Source of the DNA: an uncultured Collinsella sp.
Lineage (GTDB): Bacteria > Actinomycetota > Coriobacteriia > Coriobacteriales > Coriobacteriaceae
Direction: 5' to 3'
DNA length: 64,000 bases
Assembly: GCA_937950415.1 (NCBI GenBank)
Contig: CALFDL010000227.1
Span: forward strand, 15,858-79,857
Part shown: piece by piece, positions 9,242-19,457 of the stretch
Numbering within the stretch: the first letter of the stretch is position 1
Layout of the letters: each line of letters opens with the position of its first letter
The notes under the pieces: generated by a model
The model's input: only the letters and a program-made list of their open reading frames with translations
The model's database searches: none
What the model was told of the DNA's origin: nothing
Made by a program: the position numbers and the translations under genes

Positions 9242-9481
9242 TTATCTAATATATTTTTCAGTTAAATCATATGTTCTGTCTGCTTGCATGGACAAATCTA
9301 GCTGAGACGGTGAAATGCCGTAGTGCTTGCAAAGGCGGCGATCAAATTCAGCAAGGTCGATTTCATCGTTGCAATACCTGCTTGCTTCCTCAAGAAAGAA
9401 ATCAGAAACTCTTTTACCTTCCAAGGTGTTCGTATATATAGCTTCTGCAACAAACTTTGGGCGATCGTTTTTTTTGATCAT
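9242..9481 (-). CDS. VbhA-like (Fic antitoxin) protein (no adjacent toxin)
   Basis: 79 aa with TNTLEG (an [S/T]xxxEG-like inhibitory motif) and RYCNDEIDLAEF. Confidence 0.7.
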   Translation of the reverse strand: MIKKNDRPKFVAEAIYTNTLEGKRVSDFFLEEASRYCNDEIDLAEFDRRLCKHYGISPSQLDLSMQADRTYDLTEKYIR

Positions 9482-9552
9482 TCTTTTGCTCCTTTCTAAA
9501 AGTATAATATCATTATACCGTATATGTATTATGGTACAAGTGTACTACGCCC

Positions 9553-10284
9553 TTACTGTGCGAAAATGAGCAGCGTTCTCGCTCGACCGCCCGTATTCAT
9601 CGAAGAGCAGGTGACGAGTGTGATTGCGCGGGTTGCGTTTGCAATCGTGGCGTCGCAGTCATCGCTGACGGCGGTCGCGTCTTTTTTCATATCCGAAAGC
9701 CACGACCGTACTTCCTCTGCGGAAGTGAAATCGAACGTCTGGATTGGCTGGTATTTCTTATCGACAGACATCGCCATGACAGGTTTGAGAACCTGCCGTC
9801 CTTTATCGGGGGTGAACCAATACATCTCGCCGATCTTGTCGAATTCCGCTTGCCTGTAGGTCGCGAAAATAGGGGAGAAGATCTGACCGGTAAACCCCAT
9901 GTGGTGTCCGTATACGAGTGCGTGCGCACCTTCTGCTGTGCTTCTTGCATCCAGGTATGGGCAACCCGCGAACGACGGGTTGCGGTCGAAATCGTGGCTC
10001 AAATAGAAGTCCGCGGGGTCTCCCTTGCGCGTGTTTACGACGGGAAGGTCGATAGCTGTTCCCTCGACCCTGAGCCATGCCGCGATATCCTGGTTACGGC
10101 CGCGGAGCATGGACCAGTCGATTCCGTCTGCGGTCTGGGTCTCGGCATCCTTGGCGAGGTTATCGTATTCCCAGCCCTCTTTAACCGTCTCTCCTCCCAG
10201 CAGGAGGGCTGCGGCCGCGGATAGGATGCAGATGCCGAGCAGTATCCAGTTAACGATCTTGCTTATCCTTTTCGTCATGTTCAA
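9553..10284 (-). CDS. srtB: Class B sortase
   Basis: N-terminal TM; DIAAWLRVEGTAIDLPV, YGHHM, catalytic TLVTC and downstream R. Confidence 0.9.
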   Translation of the reverse strand: MNMTKRISKIVNWILLGICILSAAAALLLGGETVKEGWEYDNLAKDAETQTADGIDWSMLRGRNQDIAAWLRVEGTAIDLPVVNTRKGDPADFYLSHDFDRNPSFAGCPYLDARSTAEGAHALVYGHHMGFTGQIFSPIFATYRQAEFDKIGEMYWFTPDKGRQVLKPVMAMSVDKKYQPIQTFDFTSAEEVRSWLSDMKKDATAVSDDCDATIANATRAITLVTCSSMNTGGRARTLLIFAQ

Positions 10285-10367
10285 TTCCTTTCCTTTTTAG
10301 TGAAAAAGGGGCCATCGGGTTGCCCCGAATAGCCCCTTCAGTAGGCGATGGAAGCCCCTCTTAAAGG

Positions 10368-13300
10368 TTACTCCATCATATCGTCGGCGTCATCGATTTG
10401 ATGGCGCTTGCGGTAGATATACGTACCGCCCGCACCGGCGGCAACGGCAGCCGCTATTGCAGCGCCGATCAGGATGTTGCGGCCGGTTTGGGCCATCGAG
10501 GACTTGTCACTGGTGACGGTGACAGTCTGGTTCGCATCGTCGATGTCCTTGTGCTCGGCAACGGTCTTGTCGACGGTTGTCTTCTCGCCGGTCTCCCTGT
10601 CGGTTTCCGTTTCCTTAGTGGTCAGTGTCTCGAATGCCACGAGATCGTGGCCGTCCAGATGTGTCGTATCGACGGTGAACTTGACCTCAACGGTGCCGTC
10701 CTTCTCCTCCGGAGTGAAGGTGACGCTCGAGCTGAGTGGGTTACCGTCCCCATCGGAGAGGGGGGCGCCGGTGGTCTTATCCATAAGCGTACCGGTGACG
10801 GTATGCTCGACACCTGCCTCGATATTCGTGTAGGAGACGGTATCGGTGAGCTCGACCTTCTCGCCGACCTTGACGGTGTGCTTGCCGTCTTCGCCGGTGA
10901 GCGTGGTGCCGATGATGGCGGAATCGGACTTCGGGGTCTGCTTCACCTTGTCATCGTCATGGTCCTCGAGCTGGTCCTCGCCACCGCCGTTGCGGTAGAG
11001 GTCGACCTTGGCGTAATTCTCCAAGGAGTCGCCATCGCGGTAATCGTCGGTGACCTTCATATGGACGATGGCAGGTGCATAGTCACCGGAAACGCCCTCG
11101 CTGATCTTGAATTGACCGGCGGCGAGGTCGACCTTGGTCTCCTTGCCGTCCTTATCGGTCATCTTCGCGGAGGCGGACCCGTCCTTGTTCAGGGTGAGGG
11201 AATAGACGGTATCCCCGTCCTTACAGGTATAGGTGCCATCCTTCTGCTTGATCTTACCGCCGAGACCGTTATTGCCGAATGCCGTGAACTTGCCGGAGCC
11301 GTCGAGATCGACGAGGATGGAGACCCCATCGGAGTACGAACCGTTTCCCTTGGCGGTCTCGGTTGCGTCGTTCACGTCATCATGGGAGTCCTTGATGCCG
11401 TCACGGTCCCAATCGTCCTCACGCGTGGTGAAGCCGGATTCGACGCGCCCGTACTCGAAACGGATTGCAGTGACGTGCTCGCCCTCGGCAAGCTCGAGGT
11501 CGGACACCTTAAGGTCCTCGGCCTCGGTGGTGGACACGTCGGCTTTCCAAAGCTTCCAGCCGGTGTAATCAATCTTGCGGCCGTCTTCGCCGAGGGTTTC
11601 GGAATTGGACTCATCGGTGAGCCACGGGTTGCCGTGTCCGTCGGAAAGGGTCTGGTTGGCGCCGGATTCGTCGGAGTAATCGGATGGTGTCTGATCGGTC
11701 TTGTACCAGACGTTCATCTTGCCATCGAAGTCCTTGTACGCCTGCGGGGTCGTGATCGAATCGAGGGTGGCCTTACCGGTCATGACTCCGTAAAGGTCGT
11801 CCTCGACGGTGAACTCATCCGTCCAGGTGTTAGAGGTGGAGCGGAAATCGAGGGTGTAATCATAGCTTCCGTCATCTGACGTGCTGGTATCGGCGTTGTT
11901 CTCGCCGTCACCGTTAGCCTCCGTATACGGATGCGTGGGGTCTGCGATCTCCTGGCGCTTGTCGATCTCGCCCTTGATGGAGATCGGCTTGTCGTACATG
12001 ACGGCGGTCTGGATCTCGCCGGTCTTCTCCACGGTGAAATCGATAGACTCCGCCACATCATAGGTATGCGGCGTGCGCTCTTCGGTGAGCGTGTACTTGC
12101 CGGGCGCGAGGGCATTGATCACATGGTCCTCCGTGGTGGAAGTCCACGAATCGATGACCTTGCCATCGGAATCCTTGAGCGTGAGCTTCGCGCCCTCGAT
12201 TTCGGCCTCATTCGTGATATCGCGCTTGGAGACATGCAGCTTGGTGTAGTCGTCCGTGACATCGATCGTGTACTCGGTCACGCCCTCGGTCATGCCGTCG
12301 GAATCGACTGTGAAGGCAAAAACGTTCGGGCTCTCGATGTAGCCGGCGGGAGCCTCGGTCTCGACCATGCGGTAGGAACCGGCGACGAGGTGCTTCACGT
12401 CGAACTCACCCTTTACATCTGTGGTGCACTCGGTGAACTTCTTGCCGTCTTTCAGGAGGACGGGCTCGCACTTGACCGTGTCATTGGAGATGGATGCGTA
12501 GGCGATCTCGCCGCTCTTGACGGAAATCTTTCCCACCGCGACACCATCGACGGAGACGGTGTATTTGCCGGAGGCAAGGGCCTTGTCGGTGGTGTATGCC
12601 ATGCGGGCGGCATCCCACGTCAGTTTCACGCTCGGCACCGAGTCACCGGTCTCGCTGAGCTCTGCGGAAGTTCCGAAGATATGGTTCTTGATGGCAACGG
12701 TATAGGACTTACCCTTGTCTACGGAAATCGTGGCGTCGGAAAGCTTCACCTCATCGTCGCCCTTCTTAGCCACGACGGTGTAGTCACCGGCCTCGACAGT
12801 TGTGTCGCTTCCGACCTCGATCTCCCTGCCGTCCTTGTCCTTCAGAACAATCGAATAATCATTCGAATTGACCGTGACGGTGGAAGAGGAGACATTCTGC
12901 TTGACGGAGACCTCTTTGCCCTCATCGGCGCGGATTGCGACGGAAGTTCCGGTTTGGAAGGTCTCCTGGTCATCGATGTTCCAAATGTCGAACTTGGCGC
13001 CGTCGAGGACATCATCGGTACCGAGAATGGTCTTGTTGACCTTTACCTTGGTAGGCTTGTCCTTCTGCTCTACGGAAGCGGTCACGAGATCGGTTTTGTC
13101 GTCCTTATAGGAAAGGGTGAACTCGACCGGGGTCGTATCGAGTACATGGCCCTTCGGGGCCTTGGTCTCGATGAAGGCATAGGTTGCGGAACCGGAACCG
13201 AGATAGAGATTCTTAGTGGTGGCGACTCCATCGTCACCGGTGGTCACATGGTCGACGACCTGTCCCTTGGACGCACGCACGGTGCCATCCGGGGAGACGA

Positions 13301-16300
13301 CATCCTCCTGCGCGACGACATCGTACTCTGCATCTTTAAGATTCTTGCCGTCATCGGCGCAGGACTTGGTGATGGTCGCCTGCCCCATGGACTGCCTGTC
13401 GTAGACCTTTACGACGGTGATGGGAGAGGCGTCTTTATAGTCCTTGGAGACCTCGAAACCGACCGTCTCGCTGTTGAGCAGATACGGGGCGGGGGTGGCG
13501 ATTTCCTTGACGGCGTACTTGCCGGACTTCAGCTTTCCGGGCATGGAAACTTGACCGTTCGCATCGGTGGTGAACGTATCGACCTTGGCGTTCACGTCAT
13601 ACGGATCGTCAAACGATACGACCTTGCCGTCAGCATCGAGGATCTGGAACTTGAAGCCGGAGAGCAGAACCGTGTTGCCCGTCTCCGCGTCGCATTTAAC
13701 GATCTGGAGTCGGCTCGTCAACGTCTTGTCGATTACGGAGTAGTACTTCGTGCTCTGGTTGACCTCTTCATCTGCCGAGATAGTCCAGTCATCGACATGG
13801 TCATAGCCCTCGGGCACCGTGGAATCCACCTCGTGGACTGTGTAGCCCTTCTGATCGATCGGCAATGCGCCGTCGATGCCGGCATTACGCTTGCCCTCGC
13901 CGAACCACGGACGGGTTGCATCATCCGTCTTGTCCTCGGAGGTGGAAGTCTCGTCACAGGTATCGGCATCCTTGGTGGAGGCGAATCCGCTCTCATTGGT
14001 GGTCAGCGTGCCGACGACCTTGCCGGTGGAGTTCGAGATGATCTGGAACTGCACGCCGACGGCGGGCTTGCCATGGCCGTTGTCGGACTCCCAGCTGTCG
14101 TCCTCGCCGCCCTTGGTCTTGGCGATCTCGACATCGAACGCCTGCGGGTTCTCGGCGAAATCGTCCTCCGGCTCAAGCTCGATGGCTCCACCGTCAACCT
14201 TGGTGGCATCAAGCCATTCTCCAGCAGAGATAGTATAGGTATGAACAGTCGTATCCAGCTTATAGCCAGCAGGCGCCTTAGTTTCGACAATCTGGACCTT
14301 GCCCAAAGGTACGGCGGTAAAGTACAGAACGCCCTTGGCATTTGTCTTTCCGGTCGCTTCCCAGCCAGGAGTTGAAAGCGAAGTAATCTTGTACTCGGCG
14401 CCTTCAAGCGAAAGGCTTGTCTGGGCGGTACCGCTTGTCGCGGAATCCTTCTTTGCGACGGTGATCTTCACGACACCAGGGTCGTCTTTGAACTGCTGTT
14501 CCCCGGCGCTGTTACCGGTCGAGAACTCGATGCGTCCCTCGTGCTTCTGGAAACCCTGCGGGGCCTTGGTCTCGACGGCGTAATAGTTCTCGTTCGGGTC
14601 GAGCTGGTAGTTGGCATGGCCGTTACCGTTCATGGTGATATGGGCGGCCAGCGCGTTGTCGCGGGTGCGGTAGATATCGAACTCGGCGCCCGCATAGGAG
14701 TACTCACTGTTGCCGTTCGTCACCTTGGCATCGGCGGAAATCTTGCTGAAGGTCACGTTGACCTTGTTGAGCTGCCAGTTGACCTTGAAGAAGCCGGCAC
14801 CTGCCTGCGTGAAGGTGGTCGGGACGGTGACGCCCACGACGGCCTCGTTGCCGTATACGGCGGCGACACGGACGGTCTGGTCGTAATCGTCATCGGTGTA
14901 CTTCGGCTGGTTGTAGCCATTCTGGAGCTGGCCGGATGGGTTGACGCCGACATGGCCGCAAGTCAGGTTGAGGTTTGCGGCGTTGGGGATCTCCACGCCG
15001 GAGGACGTGGTCTGCGCGTTGATCGTGCAGGTGCGCTCGATGGAGTAGTTGCCGGACTGCAGGGCGGAGAGGTCCACGCCCTGGGTGCCGAGCGCCTGGT
15101 AGATGGTCTTCGTCTCGTAGCGGCCGCCGGATGGATTCTCGACTGCCGGCATGGTATAGCCGCCGGTCGGGGTGCCGGTGTACTTGTTGTGGCCGTTGGT
15201 GTGGAAGGTCATGCCGACATATGGTGCCGTATTGAACTTCCAGGTGCCGATGTTGTTCACGTTGCCGGCGAAGGCCTTGGTGGCGATAGAGGTGAGGAAG
15301 TTGCCGACAGTCTTGCCGGTATCGTTCGTCAGCTTGACCTTGACGGTACGGACGCCGGCCGGAGCGAGCTTGAGATCGAGCGTACCGGTGCCCTCATCGT
15401 AGGACCACATGTCCATATCGCGGGTGTACTCGATGCCGTTCGCGATGACGGAATCGATCGAGCTGTCTTTCAGCGACTCGCGGGCGGCCTTGTCCTTGGC
15501 GAGAACGATCTTCGTGTCGGTGGCGAGGATATCGACCTTGGCGGTTCCGTTCTCGGCGACATCCCCGTCCACGCCGTCCTTGGAGATCTTGATGCTGATG
15601 CTGTTCTCTGCGCCCTTGTCTGCAGTTGCATAGAGAAGCTGGATACGGGAGGAAGCGACCTTGAGCTCGCCCTTCTTGTTCTTCTCGGTGTACTTCTTCG
15701 GCACGTAGATGAGACCGGTGGCATCGTCGAACACGAAGCCGTCGCGCATCTTGGCGTCGGCGTTGTTCTCGGAGGCGCCCCAGTCGGCAAGGGTGGCGCC
15801 GGAGATACGGGAGCCGGCGTAGCCGACATAGTAGTCGGAATCCTCGTTGAGGTCATAGAGGATCGCATGGCTGACTGCATTTGCTCGCAGCGCGTCTGCA
15901 TGGTCCGACATGCCATCGCCGTCGTCGTCGGCCCAGAGGTTATCGAGAGAGGCATTCGGGAGGATGTTGGAGTCGACGACCGTGGTGGTCACGGTGAGTA
16001 CATCCTTCTTCTCCAGCTTGTCGCCGAGTCCGACGTACTTGGAATCGGCGTTCTCCTTGATATAGGTCTTCTCGTCGATAGCCTTGTTGGCCTTACCCTC
16101 CTTGACCTTCACGGCCTTGAGGATGGAGGAGCCGTTCGAACCGTTCTCATAGAACATGGTGGAAACGGTGGCGCTACCGGTCACCTTGAAGGTGCCGATA
16201 CCGTCCTTGAGCGAGACCGCGGAGGCATCGCTATCGGAGTTATTGAAGACGGAGAGGCTGTCGGCGAAATACCCGTCAGAGGGAGAGGCCTTGATTGCGA

Positions 16301-16589
16301 CCGTCTCGCCGACGGTCACCGTGATGGTCTTGGTGTCGTCGTCCCTGCCGACAAACGACAGGTTGCCGTTCTCGGTATCGGCGAGGGTGACGGTTGCCGT
16401 CTTCGCCGAAGTATCTGCATAGGCCGTACTCGGCGCGAATGCGGCACCGAAGCTGCCCAGGCATTGCGACAAAACGAGCACGGTGCCTGCGGCGACGGTC
16501 GCAGCGCGGCGGCTGACTGCCTTGATCTTGCTGAACATGCCTCCTCCTTTCTTTTGCTTGTTGTCTGTTTCGTTCATGTCTTGCATCAT
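10368..16589 (-). CDS. Large sortase-anchored adhesin with SpaA/Cna-B repeats and a T-Q ester-bond (VaFE) domain
   Basis: Signal peptide; repeated L.GA.F / ETKAP.GY Cna-B motifs; LVAFETL...HKDIDDANQTV; MAQTG + TM + RKR sorting signal; srtB lies downstream. Confidence 0.9.
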   Translation of the reverse strand: MMQDMNETDNKQKKGGGMFSKIKAVSRRAATVAAGTVLVLSQCLGSFGAAFAPSTAYADTSAKTATVTLADTENGNLSFVGRDDDTKTITVTVGETVAIKASPSDGYFADSLSVFNNSDSDASAVSLKDGIGTFKVTGSATVSTMFYENGSNGSSILKAVKVKEGKANKAIDEKTYIKENADSKYVGLGDKLEKKDVLTVTTTVVDSNILPNASLDNLWADDDGDGMSDHADALRANAVSHAILYDLNEDSDYYVGYAGSRISGATLADWGASENNADAKMRDGFVFDDATGLIYVPKKYTEKNKKGELKVASSRIQLLYATADKGAENSISIKISKDGVDGDVAENGTAKVDILATDTKIVLAKDKAARESLKDSSIDSVIANGIEYTRDMDMWSYDEGTGTLDLKLAPAGVRTVKVKLTNDTGKTVGNFLTSIATKAFAGNVNNIGTWKFNTAPYVGMTFHTNGHNKYTGTPTGGYTMPAVENPSGGRYETKTIYQALGTQGVDLSALQSGNYSIERTCTINAQTTSSGVEIPNAANLNLTCGHVGVNPSGQLQNGYNQPKYTDDDYDQTVRVAAVYGNEAVVGVTVPTTFTQAGAGFFKVNWQLNKVNVTFSKISADAKVTNGNSEYSYAGAEFDIYRTRDNALAAHITMNGNGHANYQLDPNENYYAVETKAPQGFQKHEGRIEFSTGNSAGEQQFKDDPGVVKITVAKKDSATSGTAQTSLSLEGAEYKITSLSTPGWEATGKTNAKGVLYFTAVPLGKVQIVETKAPAGYKLDTTVHTYTISAGEWLDATKVDGGAIELEPEDDFAENPQAFDVEIAKTKGGEDDSWESDNGHGKPAVGVQFQIISNSTGKVVGTLTTNESGFASTKDADTCDETSTSEDKTDDATRPWFGEGKRNAGIDGALPIDQKGYTVHEVDSTVPEGYDHVDDWTISADEEVNQSTKYYSVIDKTLTSRLQIVKCDAETGNTVLLSGFKFQILDADGKVVSFDDPYDVNAKVDTFTTDANGQVSMPGKLKSGKYAVKEIATPAPYLLNSETVGFEVSKDYKDASPITVVKVYDRQSMGQATITKSCADDGKNLKDAEYDVVAQEDVVSPDGTVRASKGQVVDHVTTGDDGVATTKNLYLGSGSATYAFIETKAPKGHVLDTTPVEFTLSYKDDKTDLVTASVEQKDKPTKVKVNKTILGTDDVLDGAKFDIWNIDDQETFQTGTSVAIRADEGKEVSVKQNVSSSTVTVNSNDYSIVLKDKDGREIEVGSDTTVEAGDYTVVAKKGDDEVKLSDATISVDKGKSYTVAIKNHIFGTSAELSETGDSVPSVKLTWDAARMAYTTDKALASGKYTVSVDGVAVGKISVKSGEIAYASISNDTVKCEPVLLKDGKKFTECTTDVKGEFDVKHLVAGSYRMVETEAPAGYIESPNVFAFTVDSDGMTEGVTEYTIDVTDDYTKLHVSKRDITNEAEIEGAKLTLKDSDGKVIDSWTSTTEDHVINALAPGKYTLTEERTPHTYDVAESIDFTVEKTGEIQTAVMYDKPISIKGEIDKRQEIADPTHPYTEANGDGENNADTSTSDDGSYDYTLDFRSTSNTWTDEFTVEDDLYGVMTGKATLDSITTPQAYKDFDGKMNVWYKTDQTPSDYSDESGANQTLSDGHGNPWLTDESNSETLGEDGRKIDYTGWKLWKADVSTTEAEDLKVSDLELAEGEHVTAIRFEYGRVESGFTTREDDWDRDGIKDSHDDVNDATETAKGNGSYSDGVSILVDLDGSGKFTAFGNNGLGGKIKQKDGTYTCKDGDTVYSLTLNKDGSASAKMTDKDGKETKVDLAAGQFKISEGVSGDYAPAIVHMKVTDDYRDGDSLENYAKVDLYRNGGGEDQLEDHDDDKVKQTPKSDSAIIGTTLTGEDGKHTVKVGEKVELTDTVSYTNIEAGVEHTVTGTLMDKTTGAPLSDGDGNPLSSSVTFTPEEKDGTVEVKFTVDTTHLDGHDLVAFETLTTKETETDRETGEKTTVDKTVAEHKDIDDANQTVTVTSDKSSMAQTGRNILIGAAIAAAVAAGAGGTYIYRKRHQIDDADDMME

Positions 16590-16931
16590 TCCTTTCCTTT
16601 TCCGGCTGCAAGTCTTGCAGCGTATTCAAGAGGATCGATTTGATATTTTACCAATTTCCACGTCGCAGTGCCTTTGCAAATAGCCCGCTTCACGTGCCGT
16701 TTCAACAATCGAATACCTCTTGTCAAACAACCACGTTTCAACCTGAGGAGTTGCAAACAGGAAAAGCCCCGCTTTTTATGGTGGAGATAAATGTAAGAAT
16801 AGATTTAAACCACTGGTATGGCTTGTCCATATTGTTCGTTTGACTCTATTTCATCCATAAAAGCCGCGGTTTTAGGACCTTCTCGTTTATTTGGCAATCA
16901 TATTGCTGCAGGCCAAGAGAAAGGAACCGAG

Positions 16932-17621
16932 ATGGCTGACAGGCAATTTGCCATATACTCCGTAGACGATGAATCACTTAACTTTTACCGCTATGGGCGC
17001 ATCCCTGTGGTGGGAACAGAATTTGCTGGAAAGCATGTAACGAAGGTCTTCGAAAATTTTAACGATCATTGCTGGACAACTGACGCAATCGCTGGTCGCG
17101 TTACCGGTGTTTCCGTTGCAGATGGCGGGATAAAACCGAGAAAGCTTTGCCATTGGTTCAACCGGTTTGAAAATCTCCGCGCAGTGGATCTGGAGAAACT
17201 GGATACGACATACACGACTGCAGCTCAGGGTCTTTTCGAAAGCTGCGGTAACCTTGAGCATGTCAGAATGCCACGTTTCGGAATGCCGTTGGTGGCTGAT
17301 GCGAGCCGAATGTTCTATGGCTGCAAATCGCTAGAACGGCTCTGTATGGACGGTTTTGATCTCTACAGCGCTGTTGACTTGCATGAGATGTTTTTCGGAT
17401 GCGAAAGGCTTAGGAAAATCGGTGCTGAAACGTGGAATGTTTCGCGGGCAGTCGATTTGAACAGGATGTTCTATGGCTGCATGAACCTATCCGAAGATCT
17501 GAGTTCTTGGACCCTAGAAAATTGGAGGGAAAATGCTCGCTTTAATACAGGAGCGCCAGGTGTGATCGACCCGGATTGGGACTTTGCCTTCACCTGTCAA
17601 TTCTTAAGACGCACCCTTTAA
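16932..17621 (+). CDS. BspA/DUF285-type leucine-rich repeat protein (no signal peptide)
   Basis: Repeated MFYGCxxL / MFFGCERL units; AAGGAA RBS before ATG 16932. Confidence 0.8.
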   Translation: MADRQFAIYSVDDESLNFYRYGRIPVVGTEFAGKHVTKVFENFNDHCWTTDAIAGRVTGVSVADGGIKPRKLCHWFNRFENLRAVDLEKLDTTYTTAAQGLFESCGNLEHVRMPRFGMPLVADASRMFYGCKSLERLCMDGFDLYSAVDLHEMFFGCERLRKIGAETWNVSRAVDLNRMFYGCMNLSEDLSSWTLENWRENARFNTGAPGVIDPDWDFAFTCQFLRRTL

Positions 17622-17755
17622 AATTTTCCGGGGTAGTGGTCTCACGCCAAACCGGATAATTAGCTAAAGACAGCAAAAAGGACTATCGCCGTAGTGACGG
17701 TAGCCCTTTTTGCTCTAAAAACAGCTAAGCACATACCCAACGTCCGATTCAACTA

Positions 17756-17777
17756 AATTCGCAAGCGCTTGCGAATT
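17756..17777. repeat. Dispersed palindrome AATTCGCAAGCGCTTGCGAATT, copy 1
   Basis: Perfect 22-bp palindrome 4 nt past the TAG of 17782..18072. Confidence 0.9.
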
Positions 17778-17781
17778 CCAT

Positions 17782-18072
17782 CTAGACGAATATCTGGACG
17801 AGGTTGTTAAGGAAGATGATGATCGCCGCGAGCTGTGCGATGGTGAGAAGCGAAATGATAAGATACGCCATGAGAAGCGTCTTGTTCTCCTCGTTGCCAC
17901 GAACATGCTCATAAAGCTTGCGGTCGGAAAAGATGGGAACGAGAGAGTACCAGCCTGGCATGCCGAGCTTTGCATACACCTTCCACTTACTGACAAGGGT
18001 CGCGGCCGTGATGGCTAACAGCAAGACCAGCGTAAAGAAAAACGCACCGAACAGGGCAGAGTAGGAATCCAT
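17782..18072 (-). CDS. DUF5684-like membrane protein, shortened tandem paralog
   Basis: KWKVYAKLGMPGWYSL is shared with 18122..18577; the C-terminal part is missing. Confidence 0.7.
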   Translation of the reverse strand: MDSYSALFGAFFFTLVLLLAITAATLVSKWKVYAKLGMPGWYSLVPIFSDRKLYEHVRGNEENKTLLMAYLIISLLTIAQLAAIIIFLNNLVQIFV

Positions 18073-18092
18073 CTAGTTTTCCTTTCAGACAT

Positions 18093-18120
18093 TGAAATTC
18101 GCAAGCGTTTGCGAATTTCA
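18093..18120. repeat. Dispersed palindrome, copy 2
   Basis: TGAAATTCGCAAGCGTTTGCGAATTTCA, 1 nt past the TAG of 18122..18577. Confidence 0.9.
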
Positions 18121-18121
18121 G

Positions 18122-18577
18122 CTAAAGCACCTCGTAGTCCGTATCGCTATCATCCTCAAGGTCAACAGGCTCGCTTTCACCAAACCCGAGCATCGGCCAG
18201 AACACGATACCGAGCAGTACGAGGCCGATCGTATAGGCGGACTCCTTGCCGAAAGTGCGGGCAAGATCGTTGAGGACGATGATGTTCATCACGAACTGTG
18301 CAATGATGAGAATCCAGTTGACCGCCGGTGCCCAACAGAGCACCCACGAGCAGATCAGCACAATGAGATACGCCATGAGGAATGTCTTGTTCTCCTCACC
18401 GCCGCGGACTCGCTCGCAGAGCTTGTAGTCGGAGAAGACGGGGATGAGGGAGTACCAACCCGGCATGCCGAGCTTTGCATACACCTTCCACTTGCCGACA
18501 AGCGTCACGATCGCGATGCCGAACAACACGATCAGCGTAACGAAAGACGCACCGAGCAGGGTAGAGTAAATATCCAT
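18122..18577 (-). CDS. DUF5684-like membrane protein
   Basis: WKVYAKLGMPGWYSLIP ... LARTFGK ... IVFWPMLGFG; several TM helices. Confidence 0.8.
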   Translation of the reverse strand: MDIYSTLLGASFVTLIVLFGIAIVTLVGKWKVYAKLGMPGWYSLIPVFSDYKLCERVRGGEENKTFLMAYLIVLICSWVLCWAPAVNWILIIAQFVMNIIVLNDLARTFGKESAYTIGLVLLGIVFWPMLGFGESEPVDLEDDSDTDYEVL

Positions 18578-18667
18578 TATCTAAACCTTCCGATTGTTCA
18601 TACTGTACACGATCCACATGCGCAGCTTCTTCATTAAGCTAATTCTATCAGCTACCGTGCAACTTCA

Positions 18668-19348
18668 TTACAATACACGCAGCATCATATCCTGAATCGC
18701 ATCCTCGATATCGAAATCTTGCGTATCGGCATTCCAACGATAGCACTTCAGGACCTTCACGTAGTTCCTGAACCAGTTCTGCTTCGAGAGACAGAGGGCG
18801 ATATGGGTGATTGCACCCAGACCGTCTTCAGGATTCTCCTCGATATAGAAGTTTCCCTCCCTACGAAGACCATTTGTCTCGACGATCAGCTTTGTGAGGT
18901 AATTCTTCACATCATCGATCCTGATAAGCCCGTCGTCGATGATCCTCTGCTCATCCAGGATGAGTTCCAGCTTGTGCATCGGAATCGCATCTTTCCGGAT
19001 GCCGGTGGGGGAGGAATAGGTGCCCGAATGAAATGAACCCCAATTTCTCACGGCTTCCTCAATTCCATCCTCAACATCGAAACTGTTTGTTTCCTCATTC
19101 CACCAATAGCAGTTGAGTGTCTTCACGTATTTCCGGAACCAATCGTTCCGGAGAAGAATCAGCTCGACAGCAGCAATCATTCCAAAACCGTCATCAACCG
19201 GATCATCCTCGATGTAGAAGTTCCCTTCCTTACGAAGCCCCTTCTCGGTCACGGCGATGTAGTCGATATATCCGTAAAGCTCATCAAGGTTATACTCACC
19301 ATCAGCAAGCACTTTTTTCTCATCCAGCTCAAGTTCCAACTTGTTCAT
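18668..19348 (-). CDS. Hypothetical acidic protein made of two tandem ~100-aa repeats
   Basis: MxKLELxLDE...GLRxEGNFYIE...WFRxYVKxLxCYxWN...FDxED occurs twice. Confidence 0.8.
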   Translation of the reverse strand: MNKLELELDEKKVLADGEYNLDELYGYIDYIAVTEKGLRKEGNFYIEDDPVDDGFGMIAAVELILLRNDWFRKYVKTLNCYWWNEETNSFDVEDGIEEAVRNWGSFHSGTYSSPTGIRKDAIPMHKLELILDEQRIIDDGLIRIDDVKNYLTKLIVETNGLRREGNFYIEENPEDGLGAITHIALCLSKQNWFRNYVKVLKCYRWNADTQDFDIEDAIQDMMLRVL

Positions 19349-19457
19349 TTGCGTTCCTCCCTATGTTTTGTAGCTAGTACTATTATACCATGTATTCATG
19401 TCAGCTACAACGAACGCAAAAAGAGGGAAGCCAGACCCCAATCTGACTTCTCTCTAC

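Noticed and set aside
10398..16643. Long plus-strand ORFs (493, 814 and 700 aa)
   Set aside because: Antisense shadows of the GC3-rich adhesin gene, with no motifs or RBS.
16775..16931. MACPYCS start of the 16818 ORF, or a zinc-ribbon remnant
   Set aside because: No RBS and too little similarity; ATG 16932 has a clear RBS.
17756..18120. Two palindromes about 340 bp apart as a possible CRISPR array
   Set aside because: The intervening sequence is a gene, spacing is far too long, and other copies are dispersed.
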